DNA of 64,000 nt from an uncultured bacterium (GTDB taxonomy: Bacteria > Patescibacteriota > Microgenomatia > Levybacterales > UBA12049): NCBI GenBank assembly GCA_963826535.1, contig CAWGXL010000011.1, positions 803,521 to 867,520 on the forward strand, given 5' to 3'. Position numbers and translations under genes: made by a program. The notes under the pieces were generated by a model. That model ran no database searches. It worked only from the letters and a program-made list of their open reading frames with translations, and was not told where the DNA came from. The first letter of the stretch is position 1. Every line of letters starts with the position of its first letter. Positions 1-9,780 of the stretch are shown here, one piece after another.

Positions 1-2230
1 TGAAAGGAAGCATTAAGATAAATTCTTCCTCCTTTTCTCCGGGTAATCTCATAATCATATGACGGGGAGACATGACTGAAGCCGATTCGCCTTCGCTTAC
101 GGCAGAATCCGGCTGTTCCTGGGCAATTGATGGTATTTCCCATTGATCTTCTTTGTTGTAAAAGATTTGAGGGTCTTCCATATGATATGTGGTGTAGATT
201 GCTGTTTGTAACGTGAAGATATCTTCAGGGTAACGCACATGAGACATTAGGCTTTTTGGCATCTGGGAGATCGGACGGAAGGTTTTTGGGAAAATTTTAG
301 CATATGTTTTGATGATGGGGTCATCGGGATCTGCAAGATACAGTGTTACTTTTCCATCATAGGCGTCCACAACCGCTTTGACTGAATTTCTTATATAGTT
401 GACATCATTATCCTGAAGTGAAAGAGGTTGTGAATAGGGATAGCGGTCAGAGGATGTGTAGGCATCGACAATCCAATAGAGCTTACCTTCGGCAACTACG
501 AGATACGGATCGCGATCGTAAGTCAGAAATGGCGCAATTTTTGCTACTCTTTTTTTAATCTCCCGGTTATAGAGGATTCTGCTCGCGGAGGTTACATCGC
601 CGGACAAAAAGATTTTCATTGAGCTAAAATGCAAGGTGAAAAAGAGCCGTTTGAGTAAAGAGTCTATTTGCACTCCGCCGCTGCCTTTATAGTCGGAATA
701 AACGTTTTCTTCTCCTTTGGGGTAATCAAATTCTTTGGAGTTGGATTTAACTATTATAAAATCGTTGGCTAATTCTCCAAAGTAAATCTCAGGTCGCTTG
801 ACATCAAGTTCTTTGACAGTTGATTTCGGAGGTAAGTCTTTGACAAATAATACAGGTAAGCCTTCGGGTGTGACCTGGTTTACCGGACCAGCGGTAATAC
901 CGTAGCCGTGTGTAAAGGTCAGATGTTCATTGATCCAATTTTTGTTGGGAAGGCTTTCTGCGGCGAGTTCTCTTGGGGAAAGCATAATTTGGCGAATTTC
1001 CCCGTTGAGCGTGTAACGGTCATTATCAACAGAGGCAAATTCATAGTATGTTCTGATTTCCTGAATTTGTGAGAAAGTTGAGAGAAGCGGATCTCTATCC
1101 CAGAGACGGACATTTTTAATGGTCAGATTATTTGCCGCAATATCTGCTGCTGTGAGAGGCTTGTCCGAGTTTATGCCTCGTTTTTCTATATTTTCCAGGC
1201 TATATGCTTGCCTGGTTGCAGCTATATTGTGTTTAATAAACGGGGTTTCTTTGACTAATTCGTTTGGGGCAACAATTAATCTTTGAAAGATGGAGGGGAT
1301 TATAGCAGTGGCAGCTCCTATTAAAAACACCAGAAAGATTGTTCCGAATAGCGGCGAAAGCTTACCACTAATTCCGTAGAACAACGCCATAAGAGCTGCT
1401 ACGATATAAACAATGACTGAAATATGTATTAAGGGGATCATTACGTTTGCATCAGTAAAAGTAGCGCCGGATACCGGGCCGCTTTGAGCGGTTAGGAGAT
1501 CATATAAAGAGAGTTGGGTACCTATTGCAACCAGGGCAATGAACAGAAATAAAAGTATAGCAATATGCAGTCTGGCTCCCGGGTCAGTAATTTTGGACCT
1601 ATCAGGTTTAAGAAGTGAGTGGCCATTTTTACCAGACATATTGCTCAGATTAAATTTGGCTAATAATTCCGATAAATTTAATTTGCCCCGTAAAATATAG
1701 ATAATTCCGCAGCCTATAAGAGCGAGGAGGCATAGAAACTTGGCTATTCCTAATATCAGTGAATAAATCGGTAGTGAAAAGACATAGAATCCTATATCTA
1801 ATCCAAATAATGGATCCTTTTCTCCAAAAGGTACTGCTTCCATAAATTTCAAAATATCATGCCAAGCTGAGGAGACGATTAGTCCAATTAGGAATGCAAT
1901 TAATAAGCTTAGGATTATGCAAAGTCTTTTTACTAACCGACCACTTAGGCTTACGGGTTGGCCGGTGAGAGATGGCGGTAAAACCATAACCCATGGGATT
2001 TTCGAGCTGGCAGACAAAAGAAAATTTATTAGGAGGAATGTTAAAGCTACTATGGCGGCTATGATGCCAATAACAACTTTGACAGTTAATGATTTGATGA
2101 AAATTTCAGTGAATCCGACTTCGGAAAACCACCACCAATCTGTAACAAGGTCAACGATAGCAGAGGAGAAAATAAGAATTGCAATTATTATTCCTATGAA
2201 TGCCCATAAGAAGAGATTTGTAATTTTCAT
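1..2230 (-). CDS. Large polytopic membrane protein, probable UPF0182 family; C-terminal part runs off the window start
   Basis: Reverse-strand ATG at 2230..2228 (MKITNLFLWAFIGIIIAIL...). Read by eye, the frame appears open to position 1. Hydrophobic N-terminal segments precede a long soluble region. Absent from the ORF track because it leaves the window; overlapping + ORFs (e.g. 1917..2315) are shadow ORFs. Confidence 0.5.
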   Translation of the reverse strand, partial: MKITNLFLWAFIGIIIAILIFSSAIVDLVTDWWWFSEVGFTEIFIKSLTVKVVIGIIAAIVALTFLLINFLLSASSKIPWVMVLPPSLTGQPVSLSGRLVKRLCIILSLLIAFLIGLIVSSAWHDILKFMEAVPFGEKDPLFGLDIGFYVFSLPIYSLILGIAKFLCLLALIGCGIIYILRGKLNLSELLAKFNLSNMSGKNGHSLLKPDRSKITDPGARLHIAILLFLFIALVAIGTQLSLYDLLTAQSGPVSGATFTDANVMIPLIHISVIVYIVAALMALFYGISGKLSPLFGTIFLVFLIGAATAIIPSIFQRLIVAPNELVKETPFIKHNIAATRQAYSLENIEKRGINSDKPLTAADIAANNLTIKNVRLWDRDPLLSTFSQIQEIRTYYEFASVDNDRYTLNGEIRQIMLSPRELAAESLPNKNWINEHLTFTHGYGITAGPVNQVTPEGLPVLFVKDLPPKSTVKELDVKRPEIYFGELANDFIIVKSNSKEFDYPKGEENVYSDYKGSGGVQIDSLLKRLFFTLHFSSMKIFLSGDVTSASRILYNREIKKRVAKIAPFLTYDRDPYLVVAEGKLYWIVDAYTSSDRYPYSQPLSLQDNDVNYIRNSVKAVVDAYDGKVTLYLADPDDPIIKTYAKIFPKTFRPISQMPKSLMSHVRYPEDIFTLQTAIYTTYHMEDPQIFYNKEDQWEIPSIAQEQPDSAVSEGESASVMSPRHMIMRLPGEKEEEFILMLPF

Positions 2231-2317
2231 TAATGTAGAAACGAACTATACTATATCAAATTTTTTATATATTGACAAGTTATCTAAATTAGGTTACTGT
2301 TATTGTAGAGAATAAAT

Positions 2318-2794
2318 ATGAGTGAAACACACCCACATCCTACGCATCCAAAAGAGCACTTGAATCAATTGGAGACCTGGTTGGATCAATATCTGGTTAA
2401 AAAGGCTCCGGCATTACCAAAAGGAGGGAAAGAGTTTATTGTTAAGATTGCGCCCTGGCTTGTAATAGTAGGTGCTGTTTTATCGATTCCGGCAATTTTT
2501 GCGATATTTGGAGTTACTTCTATGATGTCAGCAGCTCCCGGAGGAACGGCAGTTGCAGTTGCGCTTGGCCCAACATATTATTTATCAATTATTTTATTGA
2601 TCGTAGTTATCGTCATGGAATTATTCGCGTTGCCAGGTTTGTTCGCACGGACGAAATCAGGTTGGAATTTAGTTTTTTATGCTACTCTAATTAGCGCTGT
2701 TTCTTCCCTGGTGTCGATGAATTTAGGAGCGTTGATAATAGGTACATTATTATCTTTATATCTTCTTTTCCAAGTGAGAGAATACTATAAGTAG
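2318..2794 (+). CDS. Hypothetical integral membrane protein
   Basis: 158 aa ORF with 4 predicted hydrophobic helices (VIVGAVLSIPAIFAIFGV, YLSIILLIVVIVMELFALPGLF...); no recognisable catalytic motif. Confidence 0.45.
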   Translation: MSETHPHPTHPKEHLNQLETWLDQYLVKKAPALPKGGKEFIVKIAPWLVIVGAVLSIPAIFAIFGVTSMMSAAPGGTAVAVALGPTYYLSIILLIVVIVMELFALPGLFARTKSGWNLVFYATLISAVSSLVSMNLGALIIGTLLSLYLLFQVREYYK

Positions 2795-2926
2795 TCCATT
2801 TCCACAGTAAAAATTAATAAAATTCTTACATTCTAATTAAACTTTTCACATTATATTCATATCATGTTAACCTATTGTTGAATTATAGTTATATGAATAG
2901 TAAGCGAATTATTGTAACAATTACAT

Positions 2927-3361
2927 ATGAATACTACAGGCAAGATAGAAGAATCAAAGAAAGAGCTAGTAGCTTTTGAAGCTACCAAGAGGGAGATAAT
3001 CCGGGGGCTTTTTATTTTCTTATTAGTGGGTGAAGTTTTCCTTTTTTTAAGGATTATTTTTAGGGCAATTGGAGCAAATCCCGGAACAGCGTTCGGGGGT
3101 TTTATTTATACAATTAGCGGTTTTTTTTTGTTACCGTTTTTTGGGATCTTTCCACAGTTACAAGATGAAATTGTGGCAGGAAAATCGGCATTGGATGCGC
3201 AAGCATTTCTTGCTTTTTTCTGTTACCTTGTTTTAATACCCCTGGCAATGGCAGTTGTTTCAATAGTTATAAATATGCTTAAAACCAGAAAACAAGCGGA
3301 CGAAATAATTGAGAAAGATAATCCTGTTGATCCTTCAGAAATTGATAATATGGTAAAGTAA
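2927..3361 (+). CDS. YggT-like integral membrane protein (weak)
   Basis: 144 aa; motif FLRIIFRAIGANP...FIYTISGFFLLPFFGIFP resembles the YggT/Ycf19 repeat (R..L.W...P.N....FIY.IT.P.L.PFR.I.P). Confidence 0.35.
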   Translation: MNTTGKIEESKKELVAFEATKREIIRGLFIFLLVGEVFLFLRIIFRAIGANPGTAFGGFIYTISGFFLLPFFGIFPQLQDEIVAGKSALDAQAFLAFFCYLVLIPLAMAVVSIVINMLKTRKQADEIIEKDNPVDPSEIDNMVK

Positions 3362-3375
3362 GGGAAAATGAACAT

Positions 3376-3957
3376 TCAAAAAGACCTTTTGTATGCTAAG
3401 CGTTTTTTGAGAAGATTTTCTCTATATCCGCCTTCTTTTTGATGTTTTAATTCAACGGCATTTATTTGGCGATCCAGTAGAAATCCACTTCTTTTAAGAA
3501 GATCAATGAGGTAGTTTACTGTCGCTTCTAATCCTTCCCGTCCTTCTAATCCCCCTAATTCTTTGGTGACAGAGGTGGTAGAGGGAATAGGGGGATTAGA
3601 AGGACTAGAATACCAAGAGGGATAACCTTCAAAAATTTGGTGGAGTTTGTAGAGTCGTGGATCATTCTTGCTCCAATAAGATAATCTTTCAATGCGGACT
3701 ATGTCTTCAAAGTCTTCCAAAGCTTCCATGCCTGACGCCTTTGCCACATCATATAGCTTGAGCTTAGAAGAGAGACTTCTTTCGGAAGAACCTTCTACAA
3801 TATTTTGTTTGTGAGATCTTAGGGCTTGTTTTATTTGGTCGCGTTGGCGTGAGTCCTCAAATTTTCTATAATATTTCGGTACAAAATCCCAGCCTAAATC
3901 AAAGGCAATTTGAGCCAGTTTGTAACTGATAAGACTTTTGTAACCAGCTTCTGCCAC
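3376..3957 (-). CDS. Four-helix-bundle protein (23S rRNA IVS / bAvd-like family) with ~90 aa C-terminal extension
   Basis: N-terminal 100 aa follow the pattern YKLA..I......FVPKY...RQ.DQI..A.RS...NIVEG......S.KLKL....A.AS..E...DFEDI, typical of TIGR02436 four-helix-bundle proteins. Confidence 0.45.
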   Translation of the reverse strand: MAEAGYKSLISYKLAQIAFDLGWDFVPKYYRKFEDSRQRDQIKQALRSHKQNIVEGSSERSLSSKLKLYDVAKASGMEALEDFEDIVRIERLSYWSKNDPRLYKLHQIFEGYPSWYSSPSNPPIPSTTSVTKELGGLEGREGLEATVNYLIDLLKRSGFLLDRQINAVELKHQKEGGYRENLLKKRLAYKRSF

Positions 3958-4024
3958 GTATTTAGAATAGCATATTTTAACTATTGTTTATTGTAGGAGT
4001 AAAAGTTGGTGTATAATAAAAACT

Positions 4025-4441
4025 ATGAATATGTTCAAAAAAACTACAGCAAAGACACCGGGTGAATATATTGCAGGTTTGGAAGAGCCTAGGAAAGGTC
4101 AAATTAAAAAGTTGCATGAGTTGATTGTCGCGACGGTGCCGAAATTGAAGCCTTTTATTATTGTTGGGATGATCGGTTATGGAACGTACCACTATAAATA
4201 CGCGAGCGGGCGGGAAGGGGATTGGGCTATTATTTCACTTGCGTCACAAAAGAATTATATTTCTTTGTATGTTTGCGGTGTAAAGAACGGAAAGTATATT
4301 GCTGAGGGTTATAAGGATAAACTTCCGAAAGCGAATATCGGAAAGAGTTGTATCAGGTTTAAAAAAGTGGAAGATATTGATCTAAATATTATTAAAACTA
4401 TTTTGCGGGAAGCAGAAAAAGCTCCGGCGTATTCGGCATGA
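4025..4441 (+). CDS. DUF1801 (YdhG-like) domain protein
   Basis: 138 aa; architecture of small DUF1801 proteins (PGEYIAGLEEPRKGQIKKLHELI...GMIGYGTYHY...ISLASQKNYISLY). Confidence 0.5.
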   Translation: MNMFKKTTAKTPGEYIAGLEEPRKGQIKKLHELIVATVPKLKPFIIVGMIGYGTYHYKYASGREGDWAIISLASQKNYISLYVCGVKNGKYIAEGYKDKLPKANIGKSCIRFKKVEDIDLNIIKTILREAEKAPAYSA

Positions 4442-4455
4442 AACGCCTTTTATTT

Positions 4456-4597
4456 TGCCCGGGGTCCTGTCGCTCTCTCGTCCCGTCCGATGTCCTCGGT
4501 CGCAAGCTCCCTGCGGGCACTCGACGGGCCCCTTCCACGCCTGTCAAGCAGGCGAGCTCCTTCGTCCGCTCCCTCCGGTCGCGCCACCCCTCGCGCT
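4456..4597. repeat. GC-rich intergenic element; longer copy of the element inserted in-frame in ychF at 27307-27398
   Basis: About 75 bp (ggggtcctgtcgctc[t/c]ctcgtcccgtccgatgtcctcggtcgca[a/g]gctccctgcgggcactcgacggg) match the ychF insert with 2 mismatches, plus a shared 3' tail ccctccggtcgcgccacccct. GC about 70% in an AT-rich genome; contains internal inverted repeats (gtcccgtc/gacgggac, gcagg/cctgc). ORFs 4438..4644 and 4490..4696 are just its translation. Confidence 0.6.
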
Positions 4598-4752
4598 ATT
4601 TTGAATTTTGTGGCTGGGATTCACCAAGTATTGAATATTGTTGAGTTTTGGTGGATAATATCGGCAAGGCCCTCCACATCTTACTACTCGCCTTAGTTCA
4701 TTTGAACTGCGGCTTGAAGAGCGATTGTTGGCGGGTAAAGGGGGTGGGAATT

Positions 4753-5178
4753 ATGATAGAAGTAAATTATTTGGCAGTTTTGGTTGCAGCGGTGGTTTCG
4801 ATGGCAATTGGTTTTCTATGGTATCATCCGGTTTTATTTGGAAAGCAATGGATGAAATTGAAAGGCTACACGTCTGAAAGTCTGAAAAAGGTTCAAAAGG
4901 AGATGGGGAAGTTATATGCGTTGAGCTTTGTTGTCGCATTAGTGACAGCATATGTCTTGTCACATGTAATGACATTTTCAGAGAACTATTTTGGTTATCC
5001 AATGTTGCAGACGGGGTTGACGACGGCTTTTTGGATGTGGCTTGGATTTATGATGCCGGTGCAGATTACAGCAACCATTTTTGGAGACAAAAAGTGGAAA
5101 CTTTTTGCTATTGATACAGGATACCAGCTTGTGTCGGTACTCGCGATGGGTGTTGTATTAGGCTTAATGATGAGTTAA
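4753..5178 (+). CDS. DUF1761 family membrane protein
   Basis: MIEVNYLAVLVAAVVSMAIGFLWYHPVLFGKQW... matches the N-terminal signature of DUF1761; start moved to the internal ATG after the GC-rich element. Confidence 0.5.
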   Translation: MIEVNYLAVLVAAVVSMAIGFLWYHPVLFGKQWMKLKGYTSESLKKVQKEMGKLYALSFVVALVTAYVLSHVMTFSENYFGYPMLQTGLTTAFWMWLGFMMPVQITATIFGDKKWKLFAIDTGYQLVSVLAMGVVLGLMMS

Positions 5179-5183
5179 TCCGC

Positions 5184-5876
5184 TTGCAATTGCAGAAGAG
5201 TGATTATATAATGATTTTAGGAATGAATAAAAATCTTCTTATCGGTATTGTAATTGTTTTGTTGATCCTAATTGGTGGGGGATATATGTTCCTAAACCGT
5301 TCTCAAAATCCTCAACCTTCTACAATTGAAACAACTGAAACTACCCAGGTTACAAATACAGCCGGGGTTGTAGAGAAAAAATCAATTAAGAGTCTTTTAG
5401 CTCTAGGCAGCAATCAAACATGTACTTTTGAAGATAAAGAGACAGGAAGTTCAGGTACGGTTTTTATAGACTCCGGAAAATTTAGAGGGGATTTTTCGTC
5501 AAATGTAAACAATGTTGTATCGAATTCGCATATGATCGCTGACGGTAAGGATGTCTATGTTTGGACGGATAATTCTAAAGAGGGATTTAAAATGTCTGTA
5601 GATTCTATAGAGAAAATTAATGAAGGCGGACCGAAGACTGTTGATATAAATAAAGAGGTTGATTATTCATGTACTCCGCAGGGAGCTGAAGTTTCAAAAT
5701 TTGTCTTACCAACAGACGTAGTGTTCTCTGACTTTAGCAAAATGATTGAGGATGCAGCAAAATTGAAGCAGAATGGCACCAGCAATACTACTCAGAGTCC
5801 ACAATCAAATTGCGGCGTGTGCGATAGTGTTCCGGCAGAATCTCAGGCGCAATGCAGAGAAGCGCTAAGGTGTTAA
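5184..5876 (+). CDS. Hypothetical membrane-anchored / secreted protein with Cys-rich C-terminus
   Basis: N-terminal TM/signal helix (LLIGIVIVLLILIGGGYMF), Thr/Gln-rich linker, C-terminal CGVCDSVPAESQAQCREALRC. Confidence 0.4.
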   Translation: MQLQKSDYIMILGMNKNLLIGIVIVLLILIGGGYMFLNRSQNPQPSTIETTETTQVTNTAGVVEKKSIKSLLALGSNQTCTFEDKETGSSGTVFIDSGKFRGDFSSNVNNVVSNSHMIADGKDVYVWTDNSKEGFKMSVDSIEKINEGGPKTVDINKEVDYSCTPQGAEVSKFVLPTDVVFSDFSKMIEDAAKLKQNGTSNTTQSPQSNCGVCDSVPAESQAQCREALRC

Positions 5877-5893
5877 TTATGCTCTATTCAATT

Positions 5894-6553
5894 TTATACC
5901 GTAACTTTTTTTAGCTTCTTAAAAGATCTTCGTTTGTAGTAGAACCATCCAATAATAATTAATAGAAGCGTGAAAATTCCTATTTGTATAAACGACTCAG
6001 TACTTTCTAATCCTCCAAGAATTGATTGATAATTGGATATACCGGTATAGCCAAAATATAGAAAAAGTAGGTTTCGGATTATAGAACCTGCAAAAGTTGC
6101 TATTAAGTAAGTAACAATGCTGAGTTTAATAATCCCGCAGCTTATAGAAAGTGGTGCACTGGGGATTATTGGTGTGGCCCTGGCAACAAAAAGTAATAAA
6201 TAATTTTTCCATCCGGTTCCAAATTTCTTGCCTAAATATTCAGTGTCCTCTTGTGTTAGAAAGAGTATTTTTCCATATTTACTGGTCACAATATTTTTTG
6301 TTTTTAGCGCAACAGCATAAAGCACCCAAGCTCCGCCTGTTTTACCAATTGCTCCGAGAATAGCCAGCAAGCAGATAGTTATTAGGGCGTGTTCCTGTGC
6401 TTTAGCAATTGAACCTGAGAGTGTTAAAACAAGAGGCGAAGGGATAGGCGCTATGACTTCTTCAATAAATGAACCGAAAAGTACGAATGGCTGCAGGGGT
6501 ATAGTTGTTGAAAAAGCTATGAATAATTCTGCTATGTCTTTAAATATTTGCAT
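5894..6553 (-). CDS. DedA/SNARE-associated family membrane protein
   Basis: 219 aa; DedA core motifs (GKTGGAWVLYAV..., FVARATPIIPSAPLSISCGIIKLS). Confidence 0.6.
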   Translation of the reverse strand: MQIFKDIAELFIAFSTTIPLQPFVLFGSFIEEVIAPIPSPLVLTLSGSIAKAQEHALITICLLAILGAIGKTGGAWVLYAVALKTKNIVTSKYGKILFLTQEDTEYLGKKFGTGWKNYLLLFVARATPIIPSAPLSISCGIIKLSIVTYLIATFAGSIIRNLLFLYFGYTGISNYQSILGGLESTESFIQIGIFTLLLIIIGWFYYKRRSFKKLKKVTV

Positions 6554-6639
6554 TGTTCACGTAAATTATATCAAATTCAGGTTTTTAGTTTTTTTGAGTT
6601 CTTGACCTTGACTTTGGAAATGTAATAGAATTAAATTAT

Positions 6640-7794
6640 ATGTTAAAAGCGGAACAACGAAAGTGGGTTGAGTCTACCGGGTGGTCGGAACCAATAGGCG
6701 GGAAACTAGGGTCAAGTCCACAGTTGGTATTTGTTTTTGGTGGCAGTTCCATTGTTAGTCTTCCTAAAACTTATGATGATTTAAAAGTCTTATATCCACA
6801 ATCTCATATTTTACTATGTTCAACAGCGGGGGAAATTCTTAATACTACTGTTACTGATAACTCGCTAGTTGCAACAGCAGTGTATTTTGAAAAAACAACT
6901 TTACAATTTAGCCAAACTGATGTTACGCAAGCCGAAGAGAGCTATGACGCGGGAGTCAAGTTGGCGACACAACTAGCTCATGAAGGATTAGTTCATTCTA
7001 TGGTGTTTTCAGATGGTTTACGCGTTAATGGTACTGCTTTAGTTAAAGGCTTGATTGAACACCTGCCGGTTAATGTTTCTGTAACGGGTGGTTTGGTTGG
7101 TGATGGAAGCGACTTCAAGCATACATATGTCGGATTAGATTCTGTGGCTCAGGAAGGAAAGATCATATTAATTGGTTTCTATGGCCAATCTTTAAAAGTG
7201 GGATACGGTTCAAAGGGAGGGTGGGATCCGTTTGGTGTTGAGCGATTAATTACTAAATCGAAAAATAATATACTTTATGAGCTAGATGGGAAACCCGCGC
7301 TGGCTTTATATAAAGAATATTTAGGCGAATTAGCGTCAGGCTTGCCCGGTACCGGCTTGCTTTTTCCTTTAAACTTAAGACTGAGTGATGATACCACAGG
7401 TAAGAATGTGGTGGTGAGAACTCTGCTGGCTATTGATGAGAAAGATCAGAGTATGACTTTTGCCGGAGATATGCCTGAGGGTGCTTTTACAAAACTTATG
7501 AAGGCAAACTTTGAACGGTTAGTTGACGGCGCATCTGAGGCGGCAAGTTTAAGTACTGAATCTATAGGTAGTCATAAATCAGAGTTGGCTCTATTAATCA
7601 GTTGCATTGGCCGTAAATTAGTGTTGAAGGAAAGGATTGAAGAAGAAACCGAATCAGTCCGGTCTTTACTTGGGGATCAAGCAGTAATAACTGGGTTTTA
7701 CTCTTATGGCGAGATATGTCCGACAGCTCCTAGCGAAAAGCAATGCCGTTTACATAATCAAACAATGACAATAACTACTTTCAGAGAAGATTAA
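6640..7794 (+). CDS. FIST domain sensor protein (FIST-N + FIST-C)
   Basis: 384 aa; length and composition typical of FIST proteins; immediately precedes a histidine kinase (1-nt gap). Confidence 0.55.
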   Translation: MLKAEQRKWVESTGWSEPIGGKLGSSPQLVFVFGGSSIVSLPKTYDDLKVLYPQSHILLCSTAGEILNTTVTDNSLVATAVYFEKTTLQFSQTDVTQAEESYDAGVKLATQLAHEGLVHSMVFSDGLRVNGTALVKGLIEHLPVNVSVTGGLVGDGSDFKHTYVGLDSVAQEGKIILIGFYGQSLKVGYGSKGGWDPFGVERLITKSKNNILYELDGKPALALYKEYLGELASGLPGTGLLFPLNLRLSDDTTGKNVVVRTLLAIDEKDQSMTFAGDMPEGAFTKLMKANFERLVDGASEAASLSTESIGSHKSELALLISCIGRKLVLKERIEEETESVRSLLGDQAVITGFYSYGEICPTAPSEKQCRLHNQTMTITTFRED

Positions 7795-7795
7795 T

Positions 7796-9199
7796 ATGCT
7801 GCATAAAATACTTCTTAGGCAATTAATTAAGCAGTATGGCTCGGAAGATCGCATTCCTACCGAATTAAATACTTTATTTGAATCGGTAAGCGCTGTATAT
7901 CAACATGCGGATGAAGACCGTAAGCTTATTGAAAGATCTTTAGATATCAGTTCGCGAGAATTAGAAGCTATTAATTTGCAGTTGCGATCCGAGCATGATC
8001 TGATAGAAAGTGAGGTTATAAAACGCACCCAAGAATTAGTAGCTGAAAGAAACAGGATTTCACTTACTTTAGCAAGTATTACCGATGCTGTTATTGCGTT
8101 AGATTTAGAGAATCGTATTATAATTTTTAATAAGGCAGCTGAAGTATTGTTGAATAAATCTTCTAAAGAAGTTCTGGGGCGAAAAATAGGGGAGATTATT
8201 AGAGTATATGATAATCATATAGAGATCACACCAGATGAGTATGCCCGATCAGTTGCCGAAAAGGTTACAGGCATTGTTTTTACGAAAAAAGCTTTGAAAT
8301 ATGTAAGTGGAGATAAAGTAGGGTATGTTAATTTTATAAGTGGCAATATAACGGATGGTCAACAGGCAAATATGGGTTGTATTATCAGTATGCATGATGT
8401 TTCTGAAGAAAGACAACTCGAAGAAATGAAAATCGATTTTGTTTCAATGGCGGCTCATGAACTTCGCACACCGTTGACAGTAATTCGCGGTTATGCTTCA
8501 ATGCTGCAAGATAAAAAGACACAAAATCTTTCCGCAGACCAGGAAAAATTTGTAGACCGGCTGGCAGTCAGTGCTGATACGCTGTCAAATTTAATCGATA
8601 ATTTGTTAAATGTCTCACGTATTGAGCATAATTTATTGAGATTAGACTTGAAAGTAGTTGATCTGGAAAAAAATATACATAAAATTATTGATGATTTAAG
8701 TAATTCTGCCAGAACTAAGGGACAAAGTTTAACATTTGTAAAAGAGAAAGAAAGTTTTCCATTAGTAAAAGTCGATAATTTTAGGATTGGGGAGGTGTTA
8801 ATAAATCTTATCGGTAACGCAATAACATACACAGAGGCCGGCGGGAGCATTGAAGTAAAGTTGGAACAAAAAGATAATATGCTCATAGTTTCTATAAAAG
8901 ATACCGGTCCGGGTATACCTCCAGAGGCGATTCCAAAATTATTTTCTAAATTTTTCCGGGTCGGGGGGGCTCTGGAACGAGGGTCAAAGGGAACAGGACT
9001 GGGATTATATATTTCGAAATCAATTGTTGAAATGCATGGTGGTCAAATAGGAGTTGAAAGTGAACCTGGCCATGGTGCGCGGTTTTATTTTAAGTTACCC
9101 ATAACGACTGAGAAAGAAGTAGCTCATGGAGAGGGGGGCTCTGTGGTCTTAACAGAAAGATCGGGATTTGTTTTAAACAATGAAAGACAAAACAGATAA
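7796..9199 (+). CDS. Sensor histidine kinase (coiled coil / PAS / HisKA / HATPase_c)
   Basis: H-box MAAHELRTPLTVIRGY, N-box LINLIGNAITYT, G-boxes DTGPGIP and GTGLGLYISKSIVEMHGG. Confidence 0.85.
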   Translation: MLHKILLRQLIKQYGSEDRIPTELNTLFESVSAVYQHADEDRKLIERSLDISSRELEAINLQLRSEHDLIESEVIKRTQELVAERNRISLTLASITDAVIALDLENRIIIFNKAAEVLLNKSSKEVLGRKIGEIIRVYDNHIEITPDEYARSVAEKVTGIVFTKKALKYVSGDKVGYVNFISGNITDGQQANMGCIISMHDVSEERQLEEMKIDFVSMAAHELRTPLTVIRGYASMLQDKKTQNLSADQEKFVDRLAVSADTLSNLIDNLLNVSRIEHNLLRLDLKVVDLEKNIHKIIDDLSNSARTKGQSLTFVKEKESFPLVKVDNFRIGEVLINLIGNAITYTEAGGSIEVKLEQKDNMLIVSIKDTGPGIPPEAIPKLFSKFFRVGGALERGSKGTGLGLYISKSIVEMHGGQIGVESEPGHGARFYFKLPITTEKEVAHGEGGSVVLTERSGFVLNNERQNR

Positions 9200-9214
9200 C
9201 TTGAATAAAAATTT

Positions 9215-9610
9215 ATGAAAAAGATTCTAATTGTCGAGGATGATTTTTATATTAGTGATATTTATGAAAGATCATTTAAAGCCGCAAGTTATGATGTCGA
9301 TACAGCCGGTGACGGAGAAGTAGCAATACAAAAAGCCAAGAATAATGAGTATGATTTAATATTGCTTGATATTATGTTGCCAAAGATTACAGGCATTGAG
9401 GTACTCCGGACGCTTAGATTAAAGGGCGCAAATACAGAAGAAACACTAATTTTTATGATTACCAATTTGGGTCAGGATAATATTATTAGTGAAGCATTTA
9501 AGATAGGCGCTGACGGGTATTTTATTAAAGCTCGACTTAATCCAAATGAAATAGTAAATGAAATTAACAAAATCTTTCAAGATAAGGAAATCTCCAGTAA
9601 ATCGCATTAA
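9215..9610 (+). CDS. Response regulator, stand-alone receiver (CheY-like) domain
   Basis: MKKILIVEDD...LILLDIMLPKITG...; phospho-acceptor Asp in LLDIMLP; no output domain. Confidence 0.8.
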   Translation: MKKILIVEDDFYISDIYERSFKAASYDVDTAGDGEVAIQKAKNNEYDLILLDIMLPKITGIEVLRTLRLKGANTEETLIFMITNLGQDNIISEAFKIGADGYFIKARLNPNEIVNEINKIFQDKEISSKSH

Positions 9611-9780
9611 AATAATGATTCTTCAAGACTTGATATATTCTAATAAAATAAAATTGTGGACAAAAAAGTAAATTGTAATTGATGTAAAATGTTGCCATTC
9701 TGTAAGATTTTATCTTCTTAATCAATTCTTACCTAACAATATTGATTTACACACGTCTACGTTGTTAGAATAGGAATCGT

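Noticed and set aside
1917-2315. Track ORFs on the strand opposite to well-supported genes (e.g. 1917..2315, 8491..8886, 13384..13668, 38340..38537, 39578..39855, 55120..55518, 59901..60167)
   Set aside because: Shadow ORFs inside conserved genes or low-complexity regions; no independent signals.
3376-4625. Diversity-generating retroelement (bAvd-like protein + repeat)
   Set aside because: No reverse transcriptase in the window, and the repeat copies differ at only 2 non-adenine-specific positions.
4438-4696. ORFs 4438..4644 and 4490..4696 (Arg/Ser/Pro-rich 68-aa proteins)
   Set aside because: They are translations of the GC-rich repeat element; composition-driven open frames, not genes.
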